Assembly: GCA_964596525.1 (NCBI GenBank)
Contig: CAZQUL010000001.1
Coordinates: 1,147,773-1,211,772, forward strand
Length of the DNA stretch: 64,000 nucleotides
Source of the DNA: an uncultured Gammaproteobacteria bacterium
Lineage (GTDB): Bacteria > Patescibacteriota > Patescibacteriia > Magasanikbacterales > GWA2-37-8
Direction of reading: 5' to 3'
Shown piece after piece: positions 47,664-57,029 of the stretch (position 1 is its first letter; every line of letters begins with the position of its first letter). Position numbers and translations under genes: made by a program. Below the pieces are notes generated by a model that ran no database searches, had not been told where the DNA came from, and was given only the letters and a program-made list of their open reading frames with translations.

Positions 47664-47690
47664 TTATCACTCTTACTGTCTGAGTGATAA
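47664..47690. promoter_or_regulatory. CIRCE-like operator TTATCACTC-N9-GAGTGATAA immediately upstream of hrcA
   Basis: Perfect 9-bp inverted repeat with a 9-nt spacer; CIRCE consensus is TTAGCACTC-N9-GAGTGCTAA. Confidence 0.7.
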
Positions 47691-47790
47691 TATAGCACTC
47701 CCCTCACTCGGTCTCAAGCAAAGTTATACACAACTCGAATCCCTCTGTAGATATGCTATAGTATGCCCTGTTACCTTAAGGAGAACCGAG

Positions 47791-48075
47791 ATGAATAAGA
47801 CCGCGCGCCGTTGGTTTGGATATTTTCTGGTCGGGGCCACCATTACTCTTGTCTACGGTGGCACCCGTGCCGAGTCCCCTCGGGCTTATACCCATGAGTC
47901 GCTTACCGCAGCCGTGAATAACAACAAGGCTGCCGCCCAAAATCAGGGCCGAAGCGGATGCAGCGGAGGCGGAAGCTCGTCAACCTCCGGCTCCCCGCCC
48001 AGCCCATCCTCTGCCGATTCCGCAGCGTCGGAAGCAAACAGCCCGCTCGATTCCCCGGCCATGAGCGCGCCCTAG
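47791..48075 (+). CDS. Small secreted Ser/Gly-rich protein, hypothetical
   Basis: SD AAGGAG; signal peptide; terminator downstream. Confidence 0.5.
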   Translation: MNKTARRWFGYFLVGATITLVYGGTRAESPRAYTHESLTAAVNNNKAAAQNQGRSGCSGGGSSSTSGSPPSPSSADSAASEANSPLDSPAMSAP

Positions 48076-48120
48076 TCGCGCACCATAACCCACCCTCATC
48101 GCCCGCGATGGGGGTTTAAT

Positions 48121-48156
48121 TAAAACAACCCTGATGTGTGTCAGGGTTGTTTTAAT
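48121..48156. terminator. Bidirectional terminator (aacaaccctga-tgtgtg-tcagggttgtt)
   Basis: 11-bp stem with A/T flanks. Confidence 0.65.
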
Positions 48157-48170
48157 TACTGCAAGGTGAG

Positions 48171-48737
48171 CTAATCCGGAATAGGAGAGATGTCACCGAA
48201 GAGCACATTCTCCACGTAGATACCGCGCGCATAAAAAATACGCTCAAGCTCACCTTTAAGATCGTTTTCCACTTCGATACGGCGCGAACCGATGATGTCT
48301 TGGTAGCTATAACGGCTAAAAACCATGCGAATACGGCTCCGGATGGTAGGACGAACGATTTTGGCAACAAAATCTTCGCCGATGGCCTGCCAGAGACCCG
48401 GAATCTGGTGCACGTCGAGACGTAAAAGAATCGTACCTTCAACTGCAACACGCTTGCCTTCTACCGTAACGCCGGCAATGGGAATATCGCCCAGCGCTTT
48501 CTCGTGTTCAGGCTTGAACTGACGGGTGATGCTGTATTCGAGCGTCTGCGTGTTGAACAGTTTGGCTTTTTGCCAGAATGGAATTTTGAGGTGCAGTCCG
48601 GGAGTAAGAACTTTTTTGAGCACCCCGCGCCCTAAATCGTACACGCAGGCCACATACCCGGGCGGAACGTAGATGAAAAGGCCCTTGAGTACGTCGTCAA
48701 CGACGAAGGAGTACATCAGTTTATCAATATCGGCCAT
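48171..48737 (-). CDS. SPFH/Band-7 domain protein (short, no TM)
   Basis: YVPPGYVACVYDLGRGVLKKVLTPGLHLKIPFWQ fits the SPFH core. Confidence 0.5.
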   Translation of the reverse strand: MADIDKLMYSFVVDDVLKGLFIYVPPGYVACVYDLGRGVLKKVLTPGLHLKIPFWQKAKLFNTQTLEYSITRQFKPEHEKALGDIPIAGVTVEGKRVAVEGTILLRLDVHQIPGLWQAIGEDFVAKIVRPTIRSRIRMVFSRYSYQDIIGSRRIEVENDLKGELERIFYARGIYVENVLFGDISPIPD

Positions 48738-48745
48738 AGAAAAGG

Positions 48746-49447
48746 TTAGGACTTGAGCTCTTTGCGACCATGGATGAGCATAAACAGCAGTTTAATACTA
48801 TCCGAAAAGATAGCGGTGGTCAATACAAAAAGCGACTTAACCATGGGCAAGTACCACAAAAAAACAAAGACCGCGAGCGGAAAAAAGATAAGAAAATAAA
48901 CATCGGATTTTTCCCAGCTTTTCTTGCGTAAAAGCCCCCAGGCGACAGTGGAAACCAAAAGATACCCGGCCGCAGCGACGGCCCACCCGAGCTGGTGGCT
49001 TTTGCCGATTTCAAAACCTAAAAATACAGTATTGAGTTTGCCCGGGTAACTCACACCCGGATAGAGGTCGTGGATGATACGCTCGTTACTGACACCATGG
49101 ATGAAAACTTGGTACAAAACCAAAATCATCGCTGCTTGTGCAGCTAACGTAAAAACACGTGCCCAGGGAGAAATACGATGCTTTTTCATCAGGCGGCGCA
49201 CCTCTTCTTCTTGTGCCACCGGATCGTTTTTGTAGATCTCACGCGCTTCAAGAGCGGCCTGTTCGATGAGCTGCTCTTTAAGGGCGCTGCGCTCTGACAA
49301 AATGCTGAAAGGAAGAAGAATTACACGCAAACATGCGGTCATGATAATAACCGCAACGCCTAAATTCTGACCGGCAACATGCGTATAAATCAGGATGAGG
49401 GCGTTCAACAGGGGCTGAAAGAGTGCAAAAAACCACAGTTGAGACAT
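48746..49447 (-). CDS. yidC: Membrane protein insertase, YidC/Oxa1 family (short form)
   Basis: Five-TM core with the conserved LPFSILSERS-type region. Confidence 0.65.
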   Translation of the reverse strand: MSQLWFFALFQPLLNALILIYTHVAGQNLGVAVIIMTACLRVILLPFSILSERSALKEQLIEQAALEAREIYKNDPVAQEEEVRRLMKKHRISPWARVFTLAAQAAMILVLYQVFIHGVSNERIIHDLYPGVSYPGKLNTVFLGFEIGKSHQLGWAVAAAGYLLVSTVAWGLLRKKSWEKSDVYFLIFFPLAVFVFLWYLPMVKSLFVLTTAIFSDSIKLLFMLIHGRKELKS

Positions 49448-49549
49448 ACGTACGATAGAAGGCAGATGGTGCGGACGCCAAAATTTGAAGTTCGTGGTTC
49501 AAGCGGCGCTTACGAGCACCGAAGTCCCTCTAAATACGCCCACGCAGTG

Positions 49550-49620
49550 TTCCGGGGCTTGGAATCGAACCAAGATACACAGCTTCAAAGGCTGTTGTCC
49601 TACCTTTAGACGACCCCGGA
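49550..49620 (-). tRNA. tRNA-Gln (anticodon UUG)
   Basis: Hand-folded cloverleaf: acceptor tccgggg/ccccgga, anticodon loop cuUUGaa, T-loop ttcgatt. Confidence 0.8.
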
Positions 49621-49622
49621 GT

Positions 49623-50531
49623 TTAGACGCGCAAATGTTTACGCATCGCGAGCCAGCTGGTGAGAATGGTGAGCGATAAAACCGCAACACCTTGCACCAA
49701 AGATAGGTACAGGATATGAGATTGGTAGTAGTTTGTCAAGGAGAATTGAGCCGGAAACAACGCCGTAATATAAGGATCGAAGCGCGTAAACACCGGATAC
49801 ATGCACAGACCCGCCAAACCCAAACTCACGATCGTGAAGATGAGTGCTTCCACTACATAGGGGCCACGGATAAACCAGTTATGAGCACCCACCAAACGTT
49901 TGATATTAATTTCAGTGCGTTGGGTGTAGATGGCCACGCGGATGGTATTGAAAATAACCATGAATGAAATGGCAGCAAACACGGCCACCAACCCAACCAC
50001 CACGTTCTCTACGCGGTTCATGATAATGGTAAGACGATCAACTGCCTGTTCGTTACCTTCAAAACTCTTGTCTTCGATAATCTTTTGATATTCGGCGATT
50101 TGGAGACGATTGGTAAGGGTTTTATAATCGCCTGGATCGCGGAGTTTAAGAACGATGGTCGGGCCAAACGGGTTGGCTTCGAGCTCTTTGAGCGCATCGA
50201 GAATTTCCGGGCTGGTGCGGTGACGGTTTTTGAACTGTTCAAGGACTTCGGCGGGGGTAATAACTTGCGACTCGACCACTTCAGGCAAACTTTTCACGAA
50301 CGAAAACAACTCGTCAAGCTCTTTATCTTTGGCCGTATTCTTGAGAAAAACATTGATGGTAACTTGATCTTTGACGAGAGAAACAGCCTCACGCGTAAGC
50401 ACTTTCACCGACCAGAGTAAATTGACGGCGATAAGCATGAGGGTGAGGATAAAGACCGTCATGAACGACAACCCGATGTTGCGCCCCATGTCTTGAAACG
50501 CGAATTTGATAACACGCCACAAAGAAATCAT
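49623..50531 (-). CDS. ftsX: Cell-division ABC transporter permease-like FtsX
   Basis: Four TM segments with a large periplasmic loop; follows ftsE. Confidence 0.75.
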   Translation of the reverse strand: MISLWRVIKFAFQDMGRNIGLSFMTVFILTLMLIAVNLLWSVKVLTREAVSLVKDQVTINVFLKNTAKDKELDELFSFVKSLPEVVESQVITPAEVLEQFKNRHRTSPEILDALKELEANPFGPTIVLKLRDPGDYKTLTNRLQIAEYQKIIEDKSFEGNEQAVDRLTIIMNRVENVVVGLVAVFAAISFMVIFNTIRVAIYTQRTEINIKRLVGAHNWFIRGPYVVEALIFTIVSLGLAGLCMYPVFTRFDPYITALFPAQFSLTNYYQSHILYLSLVQGVAVLSLTILTSWLAMRKHLRV

Positions 50532-50549
50532 AAAAGACAGTGCTCAGGG

Positions 50550-51242
50550 TTAAATAACGTACTTCCCCCCCAGTTCATCATTGATGATACGGCCGCCATG
50601 CAGGGTTACCACGCGGCGACGCAAATGATTCACCACTTCGCGGTTATGGGTAACGAGCACGACGGTCGTGCCGAACTCGTTGATTTTTTTGAAAATCTCG
50701 ATGATTTCGGCGGTATTGATGGAATCGAGATTGCCGGTTGGCTCATCCGCCACGATGATTTTGGGCGTGTGGACAAGCGAACGCGCAATAACCACACGCT
50801 GCTGCTCGCCGCCCGAAATTTGATTGGGGTAGCGGTCGCGTTTTTCAGCCAAACCGACGATTTCGAGTACTTCGGGCACCACTTTGTTAATACGATCGGA
50901 GCGCACGCCCGAAACTTCAAGCGCAAAGGCCACATTTTCAAACACGGTTTTCTTGGGCAGCAGTTTAAAATCTTGGAAAATAACGCCGATTTGGCGCCGC
51001 AAAAAAGGCACATCGCCTGAATTGATGCGCGTAATATCCCATCCGCCGATTTCGATTTTACCGCGCGTCGGACGCTCTTCAGCAATGAGGAGTTTTATGA
51101 GGGTGGTCTTCCCCACCCCGCTTTGCCCCACAACAGAGACAAATTCACCCGGTTCGATGGTTAGGTTGATGTCGAGAAGCCCGACCGAAGACGAGGTGTA
51201 AAGCTTACTAACACCATGAAACGTGATCATTGACATACGCAT
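50550..51242 (-). CDS. ftsE: Cell-division ATP-binding protein FtsE
   Basis: Walker A GQSGVGKTT, signature ISGGEQQR, Walker B IVADEPTGNLD; start approximated at M14. Confidence 0.8.
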   Translation of the reverse strand: MRMSMITFHGVSKLYTSSSVGLLDINLTIEPGEFVSVVGQSGVGKTTLIKLLIAEERPTRGKIEIGGWDITRINSGDVPFLRRQIGVIFQDFKLLPKKTVFENVAFALEVSGVRSDRINKVVPEVLEIVGLAEKRDRYPNQISGGEQQRVVIARSLVHTPKIIVADEPTGNLDSINTAEIIEIFKKINEFGTTVVLVTHNREVVNHLRRRVVTLHGGRIINDELGGKYVI

Positions 51243-51365
51243 GATCCGATTAACAACCTCCCTTGAGTAAGTCATGCTCATTATAACATACCACCTGCCC
51301 GCTGCCTAAAACTCGACACAAAAAAGCACGATCCTTCATGATCATGCTTTGTGTCTTTACCTGTG

Positions 51366-51438
51366 AGCCACCCATCGGGCTTGAACCGATGACCTGCGGT
51401 TTACGATACCGCTGCTCTACCAGCTGAGCTAGGGTGGC
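51366..51438 (-). tRNA. tRNA-Thr (anticodon CGU)
   Basis: Acceptor gccaccc/gggtggc, anticodon loop auCGUaa, T-loop ttcaagc. Confidence 0.8.
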
Positions 51439-51519
51439 GAGTCTCGAGCGGACGTACCTTAGCACTTTTCTATCACCTGTTCAAGATCGAAAAACCGATC
51501 TTTTCCACACATACTCTTG

Positions 51520-51590
51520 AGCGAGTGAGGGGAATCGGACCCCCGTCTCTTGCTTGGGAAGCAAGCATACTACCATTGTACTACACTCGC
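51520..51590 (-). tRNA. tRNA-Gly (anticodon CCC); unusual T-loop TCCGATT
   Basis: Acceptor gcgagtg/cactcgc perfect; anticodon loop uuCCCaa. Confidence 0.7.
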
Positions 51591-51631
51591 ATAGGGGCAG
51601 GAGTGCCTGCCCCGTATGCACACAAAGGGTG

Positions 51632-52672
51632 CTAGATATCTTTGAATGGATTCGGAAGGTTGCCGTAAACCTTGACCGGATTGGAGCGCAAGAGGCGTGC
51701 CAGATACGAATCAAGGCTCGGGAAACGGATGAGGATGTGGCGGGCTTTAACCTGCTCTTCGTCTACAGTCTTACCAGCATCATCTTTTACCTTCTCTACA
51801 CGACGGTCTTCGACGCGGATGATATGGTAGCCGTATTCGGTTTCAACGAGTTCGGGGGCGAGTTCACCTTTCTTGAGTTTGAAAGCCACTTCTTCGAAGG
51901 GCAAAACCATCTCGCCTTTCTTGAACCAGGGCAATTCTCCCCACTGCTTGGAAGAACCATCTTCGCTGTATTTGATGGCTAAATCTTCAAACGAAGCACC
52001 GCCTTTGATTTGGTCGAGGAGATCTTGGGCCTGTTTTTTGGCCGCATCTTTGAGAGCCGCATCGCTTAAAAGTTTTTGATCGAGCTTGCTTTGGAGCGCG
52101 TACGGGTACATCACACGGGCTTCGTATTCTTTAAGGCTTATGCCGAATTGGTTTTTGATATCCTGTTCAGCCGCTTCTTCATTCGGGAAGCGGGACAAAA
52201 GCTGGGTTTTGAGGACTTGAGTATCTTCTTCGCCAACTGTTATCCCCTGTTCTTTGGCCACGCGCTTGATGAAAACGTTGGCGATGAGGCGAGCCAACAC
52301 CTGTTGGGAGATTTCTTCTTGCGTGGGCGGGGTGGGCGGCAAGGTGGATTCTTCTTCGTGCGCAAGCTGGTAGGCAACGTACTGCGAAAGTGAGCGGTAG
52401 TCGAACGCGTAGTCGTAATAAGAGATAGACTCACCGGCGACTTTGGCTACCGGGAGCGGCAAGACTTTAGCAACAGCCATCGTGAAACGATCGGTATCGT
52501 TGGCTCCATACATCTTGTAGGCCCCTACCCCGACTATACCCGCCACGACGACAATAATAAAGATGACGAGGCCGGCAAAGAACATGGTTTGGTTGGAATG
52601 ACGGGGCGGCACACTAGACGCAGACGGACTCGGGGCTGGACGGGATACGGATTCGGGTGTAGTGGGAGACAT
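51632..52672 (-). CDS. Membrane-anchored PpiC/parvulin-type peptidyl-prolyl isomerase (PrsA/SurA-like)
   Basis: N-terminal TM; parvulin motifs ...ARHILI... and GELAPELVETEYGYHIIRV. Confidence 0.65.
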   Translation of the reverse strand: MSPTTPESVSRPAPSPSASSVPPRHSNQTMFFAGLVIFIIVVVAGIVGVGAYKMYGANDTDRFTMAVAKVLPLPVAKVAGESISYYDYAFDYRSLSQYVAYQLAHEEESTLPPTPPTQEEISQQVLARLIANVFIKRVAKEQGITVGEEDTQVLKTQLLSRFPNEEAAEQDIKNQFGISLKEYEARVMYPYALQSKLDQKLLSDAALKDAAKKQAQDLLDQIKGGASFEDLAIKYSEDGSSKQWGELPWFKKGEMVLPFEEVAFKLKKGELAPELVETEYGYHIIRVEDRRVEKVKDDAGKTVDEEQVKARHILIRFPSLDSYLARLLRSNPVKVYGNLPNPFKDI

Positions 52673-52705
52673 ACGCGACGTAAATGAAAAAGAGTAAAGG
52701 ATTAA

Positions 52706-53101
52706 TTAATCAAAAAACACGCGGCGCCAGCGCTCGGGGTTCGTGAGCCGTTCGGTGGCAGAAGCGGTTTCGGTGCGCGCAAGCGAACTGGTGGAGAGAA
52801 GCATCATCGATTCGCCCGGCTTGGCCAGATTGAACGTCTCACGCGCTTCGTCTTCAATAAAATCAGAAGAGCGGACATAACGCAAGAGTTCAAGGGTTTG
52901 CAAGCGTTCGTTCTTCAGATTTTCGGCTTCACGCTCGAGACGCGCGATTTCATCATCGACGCGCTTGTTCTCACGCCAGACGCGCACCCCGATTACCCCC
53001 ACGAATACCACCAAAACGAGTAACAAAAAAAGGAAGGTATTGGAGTAAAAGAAGCGCTTAAAGACGCGGCGGGACGGGCGCGGCATACGGAAGTGTAACA
53101 A
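52706..53101 (-). CDS. Septum formation initiator (FtsB/DivIC-like)
   Basis: Single TM then a coiled coil (LEREAENLKNERLQ). Confidence 0.55.
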   Translation of the reverse strand: MLHFRMPRPSRRVFKRFFYSNTFLFLLLVLVVFVGVIGVRVWRENKRVDDEIARLEREAENLKNERLQTLELLRYVRSSDFIEDEARETFNLAKPGESMMLLSTSSLARTETASATERLTNPERWRRVFFD

Positions 53102-53108
53102 AGAGCGC

Positions 53109-53681
53109 TTAACTGCGCAAACTAACCTCGTAAGCGATGTGTTGGAGTTTGGCGAGCGACTGTTTGGCCTGGTCGAACTTCTGGCGGTTGTAGCCGGTGA
53201 GGTCCATGGTAATCATCTCCCCCACGATATCCTCGGCGATCTTAAAGCAGCGCTCTGGTTCGGCAAAATTGCGCTCCGTAGCGGATTTGATGGCATACCG
53301 CAAAAGTTCGCCCGGCACATCAGCAAGCCCGCCGATGAAAACGTCGGGATCAACCATCACATCATCAATTGGACCGATTTTCTCGCCCTCAAGGCATTGC
53401 TTGAAGAGGATGGCCTCTACATATTCTTCGAGCGCGGCTTTGTAGGAACCTTCATCAAAAACACGCGGATCTTTGGTGTGTTTTTTAATGAGATCGCGCA
53501 ATAGTTCACGCGCCTCGCTCAAACTCTTGACTGCCTCAGCCTTCTCGTCGCGCTGGAGAGCGAAAATCGCCCGCTTGGCCCGATGCTGCACGTCACCGCA
53601 GACTTTAATGACTTCACGCCGTTTTTCGGCATACGACAGCAAATTTTGGCGAATTTTCTTGAAATAGGATTTATCCAGCAT
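53109..53681 (-). CDS. Translin-family-like all-alpha protein
   Basis: RREVIKVCGDVQHRAKRAIFALQR and YKAALEEYVEAILF resemble translin helices. Confidence 0.4.
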   Translation of the reverse strand: MLDKSYFKKIRQNLLSYAEKRREVIKVCGDVQHRAKRAIFALQRDEKAEAVKSLSEARELLRDLIKKHTKDPRVFDEGSYKAALEEYVEAILFKQCLEGEKIGPIDDVMVDPDVFIGGLADVPGELLRYAIKSATERNFAEPERCFKIAEDIVGEMITMDLTGYNRQKFDQAKQSLAKLQHIAYEVSLRS

Positions 53682-53792
53682 ATGAGGTCTTGATTTTAAA
53701 TTTAAAGTAGTATATCATCGGTGTAGTTTTTGGTCTATCTGGGTTTGGATTTGCTGTATCGAGCAAAGCCATCCCTCGAAAAGCACAACAAC

Positions 53793-53865
53793 GGGTCGGT
53801 AGCTCAGCCGGTAGAGCAGCTCCCTTTTAAGGAGACGGTCCCGGGTTCGATCCCCGGCCGACCCA
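53793..53865 (+). tRNA. tRNA-Lys (anticodon UUU)
   Basis: Acceptor gggtcgg/ccgaccc, anticodon loop cuUUUaa, T-loop ttcgatc. Confidence 0.85.
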
Positions 53866-53880
53866 CACAGAGAAACAAAA

Positions 53881-53912
53881 AATACCTCCTTTTAAAAGGA
53901 GGTATTTTTTGT
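53881..53912 (+). terminator. Intrinsic terminator after tRNA-Lys (aatacctcc-N8-ggaggtatt plus T6)
   Basis: Read directly. Confidence 0.7.
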
Positions 53913-53993
53913 TTGCTCTTTCAAACTAACTTTGGCACACTTGAATTACCTAACAAAGTAATTATCTAAAAATTACAACTACATCGGAAATCT

Positions 53994-54443
53994 ATGAACT
54001 GCATCTTCTGCAAAATCGTCAAAGGAGAAGCCCTTTGCCACAAAATCTGGGAAGACGAGAAACACCTCGCTTTTCTTTCAATTTTCCCTAACACCGAGGG
54101 ATTTTCTGTGGTTATTACAAAAGAACACTATCCGTCCTACGCCTTTGATTTACCCGAAGAAGTACTACTTGAATTAGTAAAAGCCGCTGAGAAAACTGCT
54201 CAGCTTCTAGATTCAAAACTGGAAGACGTAGGACGTACCGGACTGATCTTTGAGGGTTTCGGGGTAGACCATGTCCATGCCAAACTCTTCCCTATGCACG
54301 GCACAAAAATGGCAGAATGGAAACCGGTGAAATCCAATGTCGATAAATATTTCGATACCTACGAAGGCTACATCTCTTCTCATGATTACAAACGCGGGGA
54401 CGATACAAAACTTGCTGAGTTGGCGAAAAAGATTCGAGAATAA
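53994..54443 (+). CDS. HIT-family (histidine triad) hydrolase
   Basis: CIFCKI...GE N-terminus; HVHAKLFP histidine triad variant. Confidence 0.7.
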   Translation: MNCIFCKIVKGEALCHKIWEDEKHLAFLSIFPNTEGFSVVITKEHYPSYAFDLPEEVLLELVKAAEKTAQLLDSKLEDVGRTGLIFEGFGVDHVHAKLFPMHGTKMAEWKPVKSNVDKYFDTYEGYISSHDYKRGDDTKLAELAKKIRE

Positions 54444-54611
54444 TCGCGCTATTAGTCTAGCAAAGGAAACGGAAATTACTGTATATCTTTGAAGGTTTGC
54501 CAAGCGTCAAGATATCCTTGGATTATTTTATTGACAACAAGAAACGCCCAAACTATCTTAATGATCGGATTGCCAAATCAACCACGGCAATTCTGAGAAA
54601 AGGAGCCTGTC

Positions 54612-54800
54612 ATGACAGGAAAGTCCGTGCCCGAAGAGGGCGTCGTCACGCTGTGCGGTACGCAGGGATGCTGCCCCACGGTCGATTTCACCGAGCCCGG
54701 CAAGGTCATCATCAAGGATGACCATGGCGGCCGCGTCGAGCTGAACGCGGGCGAGTGGAACGATCTGAAGGGCAAGTTCTCCGCGACCGGCAAGCGCTGA
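54612..54800 (+). CDS. Small Cys-containing peptide (62 aa); candidate radical-SAM substrate or RiPP precursor
   Basis: SD AAGGAG 6 nt upstream; core TLCGTQGCCPTVDF; sits immediately 5' of the rSAM/SPASM gene. Confidence 0.5.
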   Translation: MTGKSVPEEGVVTLCGTQGCCPTVDFTEPGKVIIKDDHGGRVELNAGEWNDLKGKFSATGKR

Positions 54801-54889
54801 TCCAACCGCGCCTTCGGGCGCATCACCGGCTCCTAGCCACTACGCGTGGTTAGGAGCCATTTCATTTACGTGGAATTCGGAGGGCTCAC

Positions 54890-56224
54890 ATGTGGTCAAA
54901 ATATCTGTGCACGAAGGAACGTAATGGGATCGTGGCCGTATTCCACGAGCTGCATCCTGATCCGCTCTTTTTTCCCAAAGGTGAATGGGAGCGTCTAAAG
55001 CTAGGGAAAAATCTTGAAAACGAACAGGGGTTTGACGCCCTGCGCGACGCTAAGCTCCTTATCGTAGGACCGGAAGTGGATGAGGAGGAGTTCGCGACTA
55101 CAGAACGTCATCTTGAGCGTAAGCTCAGCCAACCAACCATCCTGTATCTTATGACCGCCCAAGGCTGCAACATGGTCTGCGGATACTGCCCGGTTCCCGG
55201 CTTGGCAAAAAAATACGGCGCATCATTGCTATCGGCGTCGGATGCCGTAGCGGGAATCAACCTGTGGCTAGAGCACCTCAAGGAGAGCTACAATCCTACC
55301 ACATCCTACTTCGTCATTTTCTACGGCGGTGAACCGCTCTTGAATAAACCGACTATCCGCGCATCAATTGATCATATTGCCAGGCTAAGAGCGGAAACAA
55401 ACGCCCTGCCGGAGAAGCTCAACCTTATGATCGCCACCAACGGCCTTCTCATGGATCAAGAGATGATCTCGCTCTGCAAAGAGCACGGCATCATGGTGGC
55501 GGTTGGGCTCGACGGTCCGCGTGAAGTACACGATGCGTTGAAAGTCGATACGCAGGGCTTGGGAACATTCGAGCGTATCGTTGCGGTCATCCGAATGCTG
55601 GTAGTGCAGGGGGTTAGAACAGTCGTATCGACGACAATTACCCCTTTCAACATAGGCCGGATGAAGGATTACTCCCGATTCTTTGAGGAGTTGGGCGTTG
55701 AAAAATTCGGCTTCAACTTCCTCAAAGGGAAAGCATTGCTCGAACTCGTTGGTCCTGACGGTCAAAAAAATTACTATCGTCAGGCTGCCCGCGGAGTCAT
55801 CGAACATGCTCGGCTGCAGCACCGAACAGGTTTTGAGTATCAGATGGAGAAGAAAGTGCTGGCTTTCAACCAGCGCGATTTTTTCCCGGTTGACTGCACC
55901 TGTTACGGAAACCAGCTCGTAATCCAACCCGATGGGCAGATTTCCAACTGCCCGTTCTACAAAGCCTGTCTGGGGCAGGTCGGAACAATCACCCCAGAGT
56001 TTCGCATAAGCGAGCAGGAAATTGTACATTCCTGGCGCAAACGACTTCCGCTCTATCATTCGGGTGCAGCCAAGGCTCTCAGCGGCGGGGGCTGCGCATG
56101 GAGTTCGATCGAAGTAAACGGCACACCTTCGACCGAAGATGAATCCAGCCGTATTTTCTCAGAGGAGGCGCTCGATGAACTCATCTGGTCTCGCTACGAT
56201 AAGCTCCGAACAGGCCAAGCCTAA
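54890..56224 (+). CDS. Radical SAM enzyme with a SPASM/twitch C-terminal domain and an N-terminal extension of about 85 aa (RRE-like?); peptide-modifying maturase candidate
   Basis: CNMVCGYCP (CX3CX2C); C-terminal CTCYGN...NCPFYKAC...GGGCAWSS auxiliary-cluster cysteines. Confidence 0.7.
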   Translation: MWSKYLCTKERNGIVAVFHELHPDPLFFPKGEWERLKLGKNLENEQGFDALRDAKLLIVGPEVDEEEFATTERHLERKLSQPTILYLMTAQGCNMVCGYCPVPGLAKKYGASLLSASDAVAGINLWLEHLKESYNPTTSYFVIFYGGEPLLNKPTIRASIDHIARLRAETNALPEKLNLMIATNGLLMDQEMISLCKEHGIMVAVGLDGPREVHDALKVDTQGLGTFERIVAVIRMLVVQGVRTVVSTTITPFNIGRMKDYSRFFEELGVEKFGFNFLKGKALLELVGPDGQKNYYRQAARGVIEHARLQHRTGFEYQMEKKVLAFNQRDFFPVDCTCYGNQLVIQPDGQISNCPFYKACLGQVGTITPEFRISEQEIVHSWRKRLPLYHSGAAKALSGGGCAWSSIEVNGTPSTEDESSRIFSEEALDELIWSRYDKLRTGQA

Positions 56225-57029
56225 GCTCGGGATCATTGGGGGTTCCGGGCTGTGCAGTTTTCCGGAAATTGAAGTGGTCGCACGGGTTAAACCATCGACC
56301 AACTACGGAGAACCTTCCGACGACATCCTGCTCTGCCGTCACGCCGGGGAATACATTGCGCTTCTTCCCCGCCATGGTTCAAAACATGCCTTTGCCCCCC
56401 ATAAGGTTCCTTACAAAGCGAACCTTTCCGCACTCAAAGCGCTCGGCGTGGAATATGTGATTGGCACCTGCATCGTCGGGAGTCTCAAAAAAGAACTACC
56501 ACCGGGCTCGTTGGTAATTCCGGACCAGTTCGTCAATCTTACCTGGGGCCGTGACGATACTGTCGCCGCCGACGCTGGAAGGTTCGTTCATCTGCCGATG
56601 GGGAACCCGTACTGCCAGCACCTGCGGGAAAAAATAACGGAAGCGGCGCGCGAGATCGGACAGGAATTGATAACCGAAGGGACTGTCGCCGTTATCCAGG
56701 GGCCGCGTTTTTCTACCGCAGCGGAAAGCCGCTGGCTCGCGAAGCAAGGCTGGGACGTGGTAAACATGACCCAGTACCCGGAGTGCTACTTCGCCCGCGA
56801 ATTGGGAATGTGCTATGCAGCCATCGCCGCCGTAACTGACTACGACGTGGGGCTCCAAGAGAGCCTGACCATCGATCCGCGTCATATGGAAGGCATTCTC
56901 GAAATCTTCAGGATGGATATCCTGAAGACCAAAGCCCTGCTTCTTTCCTTCATTGAACACCAGGCAGCGAGGCTGGCGTGTGGATGCGCCAACCTGACAC
57001 TTAAGGCGTACTACGAACACAACCTGTGA
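56175..57029 (+). CDS. S-methyl-5'-thioadenosine / 5'-deoxyadenosine phosphorylase (PNP/MTAP family)
   Basis: GIIGGSGL; AVIQGPRFSTAAESRWL...WDVVNMTQYPE; start overlaps the rSAM 3' end by about 50 nt and is uncertain. Confidence 0.7.
   Translation: MNSSGLATISSEQAKPKLGIIGGSGLCSFPEIEVVARVKPSTNYGEPSDDILLCRHAGEYIALLPRHGSKHAFAPHKVPYKANLSALKALGVEYVIGTCIVGSLKKELPPGSLVIPDQFVNLTWGRDDTVAADAGRFVHLPMGNPYCQHLREKITEAAREIGQELITEGTVAVIQGPRFSTAAESRWLAKQGWDVVNMTQYPECYFARELGMCYAAIAAVTDYDVGLQESLTIDPRHMEGILEIFRMDILKTKALLLSFIEHQAARLACGCANLTLKAYYEHNL

Noticed and set aside
49497-49549. tRNA-like GGTTCAAGC motif next to tRNA-Gln
   Set aside because: No acceptor or anticodon stems could be folded
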